DNA of 64,000 nt from Desulfatiglandales bacterium (lineage in GTDB: Bacteria > Desulfobacterota > DSM-4660 > Desulfatiglandales > HGW-15), in contig CAXXJJ010000004.1 of assembly GCA_963667015.2 (NCBI GenBank), positions 2,048,001-2,112,000 on the forward strand, read 5' to 3'. Both the position numbers and the translations under genes were made by a program. Below the pieces are notes generated by a model. The model did not search any database. It was not told where the DNA came from and was given only the letters and a program-made list of their open reading frames with translations. Below, in pieces: positions 40,677 to 49,445 of the stretch (positions are counted from its first letter, which is position 1; every line of letters begins with the position of its first letter).

Positions 40677-42572
40677 ATGGCAGAAACCGGTAATACACGC
40701 GAAGCCTGGGGCTCCAGAGGAGCATTTGTCCTCGCAGCAATAGGATCAGCGGTCGGACTGGGTAATCTCTGGGGATTCCCATACAAATTGTTTGTAGGCG
40801 GAGGAGGAGCATTCCTCATTCCATACCTTATTGCCATGGTTGTTATAGGGTTCCCTCTTCTTGTCATGGAATTCAGTGTGGGACACTGGGCCCAAAGCTC
40901 ACCCCCTGGTGCATTTGGGCGCGTTGTCAGAAAGTACCGGGTTGTAGGATGGTGGTTAGTAGCATTGGCTTTTGTTATTATCACTTACTACGTCGTTATC
41001 CTCGGTTACTCGCTAGTCATGCTATGGGACAGTGTTATGGGCCTTTTTGGTCATGCGCTTCCCTGGGCTTCAGGTACAGGCGCTGATGGAGTCAATGCAG
41101 CTAAAGAAGCCTTTTTCACGGATATGCTTGGGTATGAGGAAACTCTTTCATTCGGCGCTTTACGCATCCCCGTAGTCATTAGCATGCTGGCCAGTTGGGC
41201 ACTTATCTATTTCTGTCTGTTCAGAGGTGTGAAATGGGTCAGTAAAGTTGTGCTGATTACGGTACCGCTTCCCTGGTTAATGCTTTTCATTCTGGCTGTA
41301 CGGGGGGTAACCCTTGAAGGCGCTACAACAGGTCTTTCGTTTTATCTCAATCCTGACTGGTCCAAACTCGCTGAAGCCGATACATGGCGACTGGCCTTTA
41401 CACAGGTATTTTTCTCATTAAGCCTTGGATTCGCAGTCATGCTATCATATGCGTCTTTTTTACATCGCAAATCCGATCTCAATAACAATGCAGCGATCAT
41501 CGGGCTTGGAGACCTGGCCACTTCTTTTATCGCCGGAATTGCAGTTTTCGCAACTCTCGGAAATATGGCGATGCTGATTAATGTCCCGGTTGACAAAGCG
41601 GTTGCAGCTGGTCCGGGCCTTGCTTTTGCTGTTTATCCTTATGCCCTGGCACAGCTTCCAACCGGTGCGGCAGCCTTCAGTCTATTATTTTTTATTGCTC
41701 TGCTTACACTCGGAATCGATTCGGCGTTTTCAATTGTTGAAGCCGTACAGGCGACCATTAATGATAACAAAACCGCCACATGGAGAAAAAACTGGACTCT
41801 TCCGTTGATCTGTCTTATAGGAGCCGCAACCAGCTTAATTTATACATCTGGAAAAGGTGGACTTAACTGGCTCGGAATAGTTGATGATCAGATTAATGGC
41901 CCTTTTGGTATCTTATCTGTTGCCCTTGCCGAATGTCTGGTTGTCGGGTATGCATGGAAAGGTGAGTTTCTCATAAAGATGCGGCAACATGCCAATGAAC
42001 GGTCCGACTGGAATCTTGGAATCTGGTGGGATATTGTTATTCGTTATATTGCGCCTGCTTGTCTGCTCAGCCTTATATGCTGGAGCATAAGTGATTTTGT
42101 TACTGATAAAATCTGGCTTTCACCGGAGTTTTTAAAAAGTGTAGGAGATTCTACCGTTCGGGAAGGATATGCATGGAACAGCAAGATTGTTACATTATGC
42201 GGATACATCTTTTTTATGGTGATACCGGTATTTTTCTTTTTTATACGAAGAAAAAGAACAGTGGAACCCAATGAAAAAAATACTGGTCCATTATGGCCTA
42301 TTTTTACATTACCTCCACTTGCCGCAATTATTGGAGTTATTTCAGGTCTAATTCGACTGTCCAAGATTAAGGCTGAACTTCTTGCATCAAAAGCAGCTTC
42401 TGAAGTTAATAATGTGACGAGTTCAACAGCCACATTCGAGCCACAGCAACTGGGTAATGCCGCATATATTGTTCTGGCAGTAGCCTTCCTGATTATTTTT
42501 GGTGGACTTATATGGTGTTTCTGGAGAGCAATGCAGGCGGCAGGAAAAAGCGATACTGAGTTATCAGATTAA
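40677..42572 (+). CDS. Sodium-dependent transporter (NSS/SNF family) with C-terminal extension
   Basis: REAWGSR…AAIGSAVGLGNLWGFPY…GGGAFLIPY, QVFFSLSLG and GPGLAF motifs; start revised to ATG 40677 after an AAGGA SD. Confidence 0.92.
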   Translation: MAETGNTREAWGSRGAFVLAAIGSAVGLGNLWGFPYKLFVGGGGAFLIPYLIAMVVIGFPLLVMEFSVGHWAQSSPPGAFGRVVRKYRVVGWWLVALAFVIITYYVVILGYSLVMLWDSVMGLFGHALPWASGTGADGVNAAKEAFFTDMLGYEETLSFGALRIPVVISMLASWALIYFCLFRGVKWVSKVVLITVPLPWLMLFILAVRGVTLEGATTGLSFYLNPDWSKLAEADTWRLAFTQVFFSLSLGFAVMLSYASFLHRKSDLNNNAAIIGLGDLATSFIAGIAVFATLGNMAMLINVPVDKAVAAGPGLAFAVYPYALAQLPTGAAAFSLLFFIALLTLGIDSAFSIVEAVQATINDNKTATWRKNWTLPLICLIGAATSLIYTSGKGGLNWLGIVDDQINGPFGILSVALAECLVVGYAWKGEFLIKMRQHANERSDWNLGIWWDIVIRYIAPACLLSLICWSISDFVTDKIWLSPEFLKSVGDSTVREGYAWNSKIVTLCGYIFFMVIPVFFFFIRRKRTVEPNEKNTGPLWPIFTLPPLAAIIGVISGLIRLSKIKAELLASKAASEVNNVTSSTATFEPQQLGNAAYIVLAVAFLIIFGGLIWCFWRAMQAAGKSDTELSD

Positions 42573-42605
42573 GTAATGGGGCGAATAATTATTATTCGCC
42601 CCTGC
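42573..42605. repeat. REP-like palindrome
   Basis: GGGGCGAATAAT-t-ATTATTCGCCCC between convergent genes. Confidence 0.6.
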
Positions 42606-42638
42606 AATTCTGTAACCCTGATTAAACAGAGATAATTA

Positions 42639-44282
42639 TTATTTCACCATTTTCTGTTTTCGTACCTTTTCCTTAATCCGGTTTATATGGCCTCTGCCAA
42701 GGCCTTTCACCTCGCAATCAAGTTCGAAATATCTTTTGATTTTATCATCATCAAGCATTCCAAAGCAGTCAATAACAGCAAGCGGGCTGCCCGCCATTTT
42801 AACAACTTCCTCAGGATCAAGGTCAAGGTATTCCTGGTGTCTTACTGCCAGAATGATACAATCTGCTCCTTTTACAGCATCAGCAAGTTCTTTTGTCATC
42901 CTGAACTCGGTGAGGTGTTCCTGATTTCTGAAAAACCTTGACCAGCTTGCCCCGACTGCAGGATATGTATCCTGGCTTTCCAGCTCCCACCAGTGTTCCA
43001 CATAGGGGTCATGAGCCAGTACCTCTGCACCCATCTCGGTCAGTTTTCTGACGATAATCTCAGAACCGCTGTACCTGGTATCGCCGACATCTTCCCGGTA
43101 TGAAGCACCTAAAACCGTCACCTGAGATGCTGCTACTATTTTGCCCATATTCCTGAGGGCATCACGGGCTATCTGGGCGGCACGCAGCGCCCTTGTGTCA
43201 TTTATGTTAATAGCCTCAGGAGTAATCTTGAAAATGTCGTTCTCAAAGCCCATCAGATGTTTATAAGCCCACAAACCGAGTCCTCCATCCTTTGGAAGGC
43301 AGTAACCGCCAATTCCCGGACCAGGGAAAATCATATTATTGTGGGTAGGTCGAATCTTTATGGCATTAATTACCTTTATGAGATCAACTCCATTTGTCTC
43401 GGCAAACTGGCTCCATTCATCCATAAAGGCAAGTATAGTTGCCCGGTAACTGTTCTCGACAATTTTACAGGTTTCACTCTCAATAGGTTTATCAAGAACC
43501 GTCAGAGGATAATTCTCAACATTTAAAACATCGGAGAGAAAATTGGTGACTCGATCCCTGCTTTCACTGTTAATACCGCTGCAGACTCTCCAGAAATCTC
43601 TTACAGAGCTTACATAATTTTTCCCGGGCATTACCCTTTCATAGCTGTGTGCCAGGAGCGGTTCTTTATCAATCCCCCGCTTTTTGAATGCCTTTTTAAC
43701 ATGGGGGTATGCCACATATTCTGTAGTGCCGGGAGGAACGGTTGTTTCAATAAGTACAAGGCATTCCGGATTTATGTTATCGCCTATCACCTTAAAGCTT
43801 TCCTCAAGGGCAGTTATCTCGGCATGACCTGTTTTGAGATCACCAAGATCATTCTTCATATAGTCGCACTGTACATCTACAACAAGTACATCAGCGAGTT
43901 TAAGTGCCTCATATGTATAAGTTGCAATCATGGTTTTCTTGTCATTGACACATCTGGCAATCATCGGTGCAACCTCAGGGTCTTCGGCCTTAACCGGTGA
44001 CACCCCTCTGTTGAAAAGGGGAATTTTCCAGTAGCTTCTCGAGCTGGGTCTCTGCATACCTATAACAAATTTTTTTGATTCACCTGTTTTTTTATCTACG
44101 GAATCCGCTACAACGCCTGCCATGACTGCTCCGACAAAGCCGAGCCCCATGACAACCACAATCTCACGTCCCAGCTTTTTTTGTTCATCAACTACTTTTA
44201 CGAGCCTGTCATATTCCAGCTTGTAATCTTCATCCAATGGGATTTTAAACTTTTCACCTTCCGGGCTTACTGAATATTCCAT
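42639..44282 (-). CDS. Nucleotide-sugar dehydrogenase (UDP-Glc/GDP-Man/UDP-ManNAc dehydrogenase family)
   Basis: GLGFVG, ETTVPPGTT, ERVMPG, KIVENSYR and PGPGIGGYCLPKD (catalytic Cys) motifs. Confidence 0.9.
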   Translation of the reverse strand: MEYSVSPEGEKFKIPLDEDYKLEYDRLVKVVDEQKKLGREIVVVMGLGFVGAVMAGVVADSVDKKTGESKKFVIGMQRPSSRSYWKIPLFNRGVSPVKAEDPEVAPMIARCVNDKKTMIATYTYEALKLADVLVVDVQCDYMKNDLGDLKTGHAEITALEESFKVIGDNINPECLVLIETTVPPGTTEYVAYPHVKKAFKKRGIDKEPLLAHSYERVMPGKNYVSSVRDFWRVCSGINSESRDRVTNFLSDVLNVENYPLTVLDKPIESETCKIVENSYRATILAFMDEWSQFAETNGVDLIKVINAIKIRPTHNNMIFPGPGIGGYCLPKDGGLGLWAYKHLMGFENDIFKITPEAININDTRALRAAQIARDALRNMGKIVAASQVTVLGASYREDVGDTRYSGSEIIVRKLTEMGAEVLAHDPYVEHWWELESQDTYPAVGASWSRFFRNQEHLTEFRMTKELADAVKGADCIILAVRHQEYLDLDPEEVVKMAGSPLAVIDCFGMLDDDKIKRYFELDCEVKGLGRGHINRIKEKVRKQKMVK

Positions 44283-44519
44283 AACGACCTCTTTCAGATT
44301 ATATATTTTAATACTTGGATTTAATGGGAATTAAGCATATTAAAAGCTTGAAAAAGGGATTTAATCATCTTAGAAATATATTTTCAAGCCAATAAGTTAA
44401 TGTTCAATACTGAATGGATACACTTATTTTAACAATATTATGTATCAATTATGATATTCGGATTTGACAACCACTTTCTTTAGATATAATTAAAAAAATA
44501 AATAAAAAATCAAAAAAAC

Positions 44520-45341
44520 ATGCCTCTAAAATCATACATATCAAGTATTTCACACCTCAGGACCTTAAATCAATCAGTTATCATAGATATATTCAAATAT
44601 ATCCTGGCAATATCAGTGTTGTGCTGGTTTACTGTGCGCGGAAATGAGAGGCTTGGGTATAACTGGCAATGGTTTCAAATCCCACACTTCCTGTTCAGCC
44701 TTGAAAACGGCAGTTTTACAGCCGGACCATTATTAAGAGGGCTTATTATAACATTAAAGATTACGGGAATAAGTCTGGTATCTGCTCTTCTTACAGGGCT
44801 TGCTGCGGCCCTTTTAAGGCTTTCAAAATCCCTTTCAGGAAATATCCTTGCTTTTTTATATATCGAAATCATCCGAAACACCCCTCTGCTCATTCAGCTT
44901 TTCTTTATTTACTTTGTTATATCTCCGATACTTGGTATCAGCCGTTTTGCATCGGCAGTAATAGCATTAAGCCTGTTTGAAGGCGCTTATATTTCCGAGA
45001 TTTTAAGAGGAGGTATATTATCAATAGATAAAGGCCAGTGGGAGGCTGCCTACAGCCTTGGACTTAAATCAGTTCATATCTACCGTAAAATAATTCTGCC
45101 GCAGGCGGTACGGAGGATTCTTCCGCCACTCACAGGACAGGCAATTTCTCTTATCAAGGATTCAGCCCTTGTCAGCACCATTGCTATTTACGACCTTACT
45201 ATGGAAGGGAGAATTATTATTTCCGAGACATACCTCACCTTTGAGATATGGTTCACCATTGCATTGATATATCTTATACTCACCGTAACAATCTCGTTAT
45301 TTGTTAAAAAAATGGAAAAGCAGCTAAATATTGGATATTAA
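44520..45341 (+). CDS. Polar amino acid ABC transporter permease
   Basis: [20 protein letters not shown] and GQWEAA.SLG motifs. Confidence 0.92.
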   Translation: MPLKSYISSISHLRTLNQSVIIDIFKYILAISVLCWFTVRGNERLGYNWQWFQIPHFLFSLENGSFTAGPLLRGLIITLKITGISLVSALLTGLAAALLRLSKSLSGNILAFLYIEIIRNTPLLIQLFFIYFVISPILGISRFASAVIALSLFEGAYISEILRGGILSIDKGQWEAAYSLGLKSVHIYRKIILPQAVRRILPPLTGQAISLIKDSALVSTIAIYDLTMEGRIIISETYLTFEIWFTIALIYLILTVTISLFVKKMEKQLNIGY

Positions 45342-45358
45342 TATTATGGAATATTACC

Positions 45359-46105
45359 ATGCCAGAATTCTCTGATAAAATATTACGCGCCGACGGAATC
45401 AGCAAGACCTTTCCTAACAATGTCAGGGCACTTGAAAATTTTTCATTTTCGGTTAAAAAAGGAGAAGTTCTCACAATAATCGGTCCTTCGGGTTCAGGAA
45501 AATCAACATTGCTCCGATGTCTTAATGGTCTTGAAGAAATAGACAGCGGCACTATCACTGTAGACGGAATCCCATTTGACGCAAACTCACCGAACCGAAG
45601 GGAAATAATTAAAAAAATCGGGATGGTTTTTCAATCCTTCAACCTGTTTCCACACCTGACAGTTCTTGAAAACATCAGCCTGGCACCAAGACTGGTAAGG
45701 GGAACAGATAAAAAGGGAGCCGAGGCTGCGGCCCTGGATTTACTTGAAAAGGTAAACATATCAGACAAATCAAATGAATACCCGGCCAGGTTAAGCGGGG
45801 GCCAGCAGCAGAGGGTAGCTATTGCCAGGGCACTGGCAATGAACCCGGAAATAATGCTCTTTGATGAAGCCACCAGCGCCCTTGATCCCGAAATGATCAG
45901 CGAGGTGCTGGATGTAATAAGAGACCTGGCAAAGGGAGGAATGACAATGATTCTGGTTACCCACGAGATGGGTTTTGCCAGAGAAGTCAGCAACAGAGTC
46001 ATTTTTATGGAATCAGGAAGACTGATCGAGGAAGGCCATGCTGATACATTTTTCACATCACCTGAAAAGGAACGTACAAGATTGTTCCTTGATCAGATAC
46101 TATAA
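45359..46105 (+). CDS. Polar amino acid ABC transporter ATP-binding protein
   Basis: [27 protein letters not shown] and SALDPE motifs. Confidence 0.94.
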   Translation: MPEFSDKILRADGISKTFPNNVRALENFSFSVKKGEVLTIIGPSGSGKSTLLRCLNGLEEIDSGTITVDGIPFDANSPNRREIIKKIGMVFQSFNLFPHLTVLENISLAPRLVRGTDKKGAEAAALDLLEKVNISDKSNEYPARLSGGQQQRVAIARALAMNPEIMLFDEATSALDPEMISEVLDVIRDLAKGGMTMILVTHEMGFAREVSNRVIFMESGRLIEEGHADTFFTSPEKERTRLFLDQIL

Positions 46106-46130
46106 AAGTATAAACCAATCCGGAGGAAAG

Positions 46131-46958
46131 ATGAAAAAATTTCAGGCTGTTTTTTATATATTTTTTGCCTTAACTTTAATATCCACAATACCCATGTGTA
46201 CAGGGGATTCCCGGCAAATAAAGGCCGATGAAAGCATGATTGACAAGGTGATCAGGAAAGGCTCCATAAAGATTGGAATGTCCACCTTTGTGCCATGGGC
46301 AATGAAGGATAAGAATGGAGAACTGATAGGTTTTGAAATTGATGTAGCAAAAAGGCTGGCAGAGGATATGGGAGTAAAGGCCGAGTTTGTTCCTACACAA
46401 TGGTCAGGTATTATACCTGCACTCATTACAGGTAAATTCGATATTATAGTAGGAGGAATGGGGATTACTCCCAAGAGGAACCTCAAGGTTAATTTCAGCA
46501 TACCGTATGATCATACAGGTATGTCGCTGGTCGCCCACAGAGAGATTGCAACGGGCTTTGAAAGCCTCGATGACTTTAACAGTCCTGATGTTACTGTTGT
46601 TGCAAGAATGGGATCGACATCAGCATCAGCAATTAAAAAGTATATACCGAAGGCAAAGCTGCTCCAGTTTGATGATGAATCCCAGGCTGTCCAGGAACTC
46701 CTGAACGGCAACGCGTACGCCTTTGTAAGTTCCGCCCCCCTTCCGGCATTTCAGGCCCTGAAACATCCCGACAAACTTTTCCTTCCTTTAAAGGAAAATT
46801 TCACAAAAGAACCCATAGCATTTGCAATCAGGAAGGGAGATTTTGATTCCTATAACTACCTGAATAACTGGATAACTGTAGTAACCGCCGAAGGATGGAT
46901 ACAGGAAAGAAAGCATTACTGGTTTGAAACGGATGAGTGGAGGGACAGGATAAAATAA
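46131..46958 (+). CDS. Polar amino acid ABC transporter substrate-binding protein
   Basis: GFEIDVA, GKFDI and ITPKR..VNFS family-3 SBP motifs; start revised to ATG 46131 after a GGAGG SD. Confidence 0.9.
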   Translation: MKKFQAVFYIFFALTLISTIPMCTGDSRQIKADESMIDKVIRKGSIKIGMSTFVPWAMKDKNGELIGFEIDVAKRLAEDMGVKAEFVPTQWSGIIPALITGKFDIIVGGMGITPKRNLKVNFSIPYDHTGMSLVAHREIATGFESLDDFNSPDVTVVARMGSTSASAIKKYIPKAKLLQFDDESQAVQELLNGNAYAFVSSAPLPAFQALKHPDKLFLPLKENFTKEPIAFAIRKGDFDSYNYLNNWITVVTAEGWIQERKHYWFETDEWRDRIK

Positions 46959-47030
46959 CGTTTAAGGTTTGAGGTTTTAATCAGGGTTTTAAAAGTTTTC
47001 CGCAAACCGTACACCTTAGACCGCAAACCG
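46959..47030. repeat. Degenerate heptamer tandem repeats in inverted arrangement
   Basis: cgtttaa-ggtttga-ggtttta … ccgcaaa-ccgtaca-ccttaga-ccgcaaa. Confidence 0.5.
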
Positions 47031-47037
47031 ATTACAT

Positions 47038-47922
47038 ATGGCATCTAAAAAATACAAAATAACCCCTATAGACCTGATCATAATTCCACTGGTGATTTTA
47101 ATCATTATATACATATATTACAGGATCAAGACCAACCTACACTACGACTGGGAATGGAGTGCAATCCCGCAGTACCTGTTCCGGTTTGATTCGGAAAAAG
47201 GCAGATGGATACCCAATCTGCTTATGCAGGGATTATTAAACACAATCCGGTTGAGTATATGGGGAATTATTTTTGCTCTTATAGTTGGTATTATAATGGG
47301 ACTTTGCCGTGTCAGTAAAAGCCTCTTCAGGAGACTCCTGGGAGGCACCTATGTCGAACTTGTGAGAAATACTCCTCCCCTTGTCATCATCTTTATTTTT
47401 TATTTCTTTTTCAGCAGTCAGATAATTCCACTGTTTGGGCTGGATGAATTTGTAGACTCTGCAGGGGATTCTACCCTGAGTATAATATCCATACTGTTTG
47501 GAACTCCTGCCATGTTCCCTGCATTTCTTTCCGCCATTATAACCCTGGCCATATTTGAAGGGGCCTATATAACCGAGATCATAAGGGCCGGAATAGAGTC
47601 CATAGAAAAAGGGCAGTGGGAGGCTTCACATGCACTTGGGCTCAGCAGATATCAGCAGTACCGGTACATTATTCTGCCGCAGGCAACGCAGAGGGTGCTT
47701 TTACCACTTGCCGGCCAGTTCATTTCAACAATAAAGGACTCGGCAATCGTATCGATAATATCTATCCAGGAGTTAACCTTCCAGGGAATGGAACTGATGT
47801 CAGCAACCTACCTGACTTTTGAGGTATGGATAACCATCGCCATTATGTACCTTATTTTATCAGTTTCTCTTTCATTGATTATCGGACGTCTGGAGGTATT
47901 TATACGAACAAGATCTGCCTAA
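47038..47922 (+). CDS. Polar amino acid ABC transporter permease
   Basis: VRNTPPLV, AYITEIIRAG and GQWEAS motifs. Confidence 0.92.
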   Translation: MASKKYKITPIDLIIIPLVILIIIYIYYRIKTNLHYDWEWSAIPQYLFRFDSEKGRWIPNLLMQGLLNTIRLSIWGIIFALIVGIIMGLCRVSKSLFRRLLGGTYVELVRNTPPLVIIFIFYFFFSSQIIPLFGLDEFVDSAGDSTLSIISILFGTPAMFPAFLSAIITLAIFEGAYITEIIRAGIESIEKGQWEASHALGLSRYQQYRYIILPQATQRVLLPLAGQFISTIKDSAIVSIISIQELTFQGMELMSATYLTFEVWITIAIMYLILSVSLSLIIGRLEVFIRTRSA

Positions 47923-47981
47923 CGATGTGTGATATATATTCCGGCAAACCCGTTGGCTGAAAACATATCCGTCTGTGATAA

Positions 47982-48017
47982 AATTATTTTATTCTCTGCC
48001 AGGTTCGGTTGTTTACC
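47982..48017 (+). repeat. 36-bp direct repeat, copy 1
   Basis: AATTATTTTATTCTCTGCCAGGTTCGGTTGTTTACC, identical to 48515-48550. Confidence 0.9.
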
Positions 48018-48386
48018 TGATCATTTCCTCATCGAGTCCCACTGTGCTTACACAATACCCTGTGGCCCAAAAACTTAAGCCTGTCATTCTTTTTGTACTT
48101 AATAATTCACGGTGTATCCGGATAGCACTTACTTTTACCTTTTATAAACCCAACTGTATTTGCAACACTGTATTTGGGTGGAATACTCACACATATATGG
48201 ATATGATCCGACATTGCATAACCTTCAAGTAATTCTATTCCTTTTTGTTTACATAGCTCTCTTATTATAGAGCCTATTTTCTCTCGGATTTTCCCATATA
48301 CTGTTTTGTGACGATACTTTGTTACGAATACTATATGATATTTACACTCCCATCTTACATGTGATAATGTTTGCCATTCTTTTCAT
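48013..48386 (-). pseudogene. tnpA: IS200/IS605-family Y1 transposase pseudogene
   Basis: Reconstructed MKEWQTLSHVRWECKYHIVFVTKYR…DHIHICVSIPPKYSV…KGKSAI…FWATGYCVSTVGLDEEMIR*. An extra A follows the start, an AAGT duplication lies at 48127-48134, and the gene is truncated before the catalytic Y-x-x-x-Q helix. Confidence 0.9.
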
Positions 48387-48510
48387 AGGTTCTTCCTCCT
48401 GCCTCAATACTGGGGCTTTTCTAGGGGAAGAACCTTTTATCACATTTTTTTCACCCCGAAACGGTTAGAACCCTTTAGGGTCGCACGGGCAGAGCCCGTG
48501 GTTTAATTTA
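48018..48510 (-). mobile_element. Truncated IS200-like element
   Basis: tnpA remnant plus subterminal hairpin CACGGGC-aga-GCCCGTG (48484-48500); the other end is missing. Confidence 0.8.
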
Positions 48511-48514
48511 AAAC

Positions 48515-48550
48515 AATTATTTTATTCTCTGCCAGGTTCGGTTGTTTACC
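48515..48550 (+). repeat. 36-bp direct repeat, copy 2
   Basis: Identical to 47982-48017. Confidence 0.9.
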
Positions 48551-48631
48551 CTTTTATATTCGCAGGAATTCGCCTTCCCGGAAATGGAACTGATGTAAAC
48601 AACCTGCCTGACATTTGAGAACCGTGAAGGG

Positions 48632-49234
48632 TTATTTATCCAGCTCGATATTTTCAAGATATCGGCTTATTGCCCCGTCATATTTATGTGTAAGATTGAA
48701 CACCTTTTTAGCAAGATAAAATCTTGTTTTTAACAGGGTTGCTCCCTGATTTTCTTCCATTTCCTTCAGAACCAGGTCATAGTCTTCAGGGTCTACAACA
48801 ACTGTTACATCATTGAAATTTTTAGCCGAGGACCTCAGCATGGCAGGACCGCCTATATCTATATTTTCAATAGCATCTTCCAGAGTAACACCTTCTTTTG
48901 AGATGGTCTTTTCAAACTGATACAGGTTAACAACAATAAGATCGATATTTGATATCCCGTTTTCCTGCATCATTTTTACATGTTCAGGATTGCTTCTTAC
49001 ACCAAGCAGACCGCCATGGACCTTAGGATGAAGCGTTTTGACCCTCCCGTCGAGCATCTCAGGAAATCCCGTATACTCGGAAATATCCATTACCTTTACA
49101 CCGCCTTCTCTTATTGTCTTTGCAGTTCCTCCGGTTGAAAGTATCTCAACACCCCTATCGCTCAACTTACATGAAAATTCAACAATACCGGATTTGTCCG
49201 TAACACTGATAATGGCTCTTTCAATTTTTTTCAT
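48632..49234 (-). CDS. Stand-alone IMP cyclohydrolase (PurH N-terminal domain)
   Basis: [20 protein letters not shown] and ENIDIGGP motifs; only 200 aa, with no AICAR transformylase domain. Confidence 0.88.
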   Translation of the reverse strand: MKKIERAIISVTDKSGIVEFSCKLSDRGVEILSTGGTAKTIREGGVKVMDISEYTGFPEMLDGRVKTLHPKVHGGLLGVRSNPEHVKMMQENGISNIDLIVVNLYQFEKTISKEGVTLEDAIENIDIGGPAMLRSSAKNFNDVTVVVDPEDYDLVLKEMEENQGATLLKTRFYLAKKVFNLTHKYDGAISRYLENIELDK

Positions 49235-49322
49235 TGTCGCCCCCTTTTACTTGATATTGGCTTTTTATAACCTGTAGTATTATATATTTTCAAGAAAAGA
49301 ATGAGGAATGTAAAAGCTTGCA

Positions 49323-49445
49323 CTTGGCATCAGCAGACTGTTAGCTGCTAGGTACCGAGGAGTGCCGATCGAGGCGTATACAGATATGCCGCAGGGAGAA
49401 GCGACCGAGGGTAACACCGCAGATGACAGTTTTATGGTGTCCAGG
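49323..49445. repeat. GC-rich ~120-bp intergenic structured element (probable small non-autonomous repeat)
   Basis: Imperfect terminal complementarity and internal hairpin GGCGTATA-cag-ATATGCC; GC-rich in an AT-rich spacer. Confidence 0.45.

Noticed and set aside
47975..48232. 85-aa plus-strand ORF
   Set aside because: Antisense shadow of the tnpA pseudogene.
47982..48550. 36-bp direct repeats as a CRISPR array
   Set aside because: Only two copies, 497 bp apart, enclosing an IS fragment; no cas genes in the window.
47767..48619. 57-nt near-duplicate as a DGR template/variable repeat pair
   Set aside because: The nine mismatches have A in the copy five times and in the gene four times, so they are not one-directional; there is no reverse transcriptase in the window and the target is an ordinary permease.
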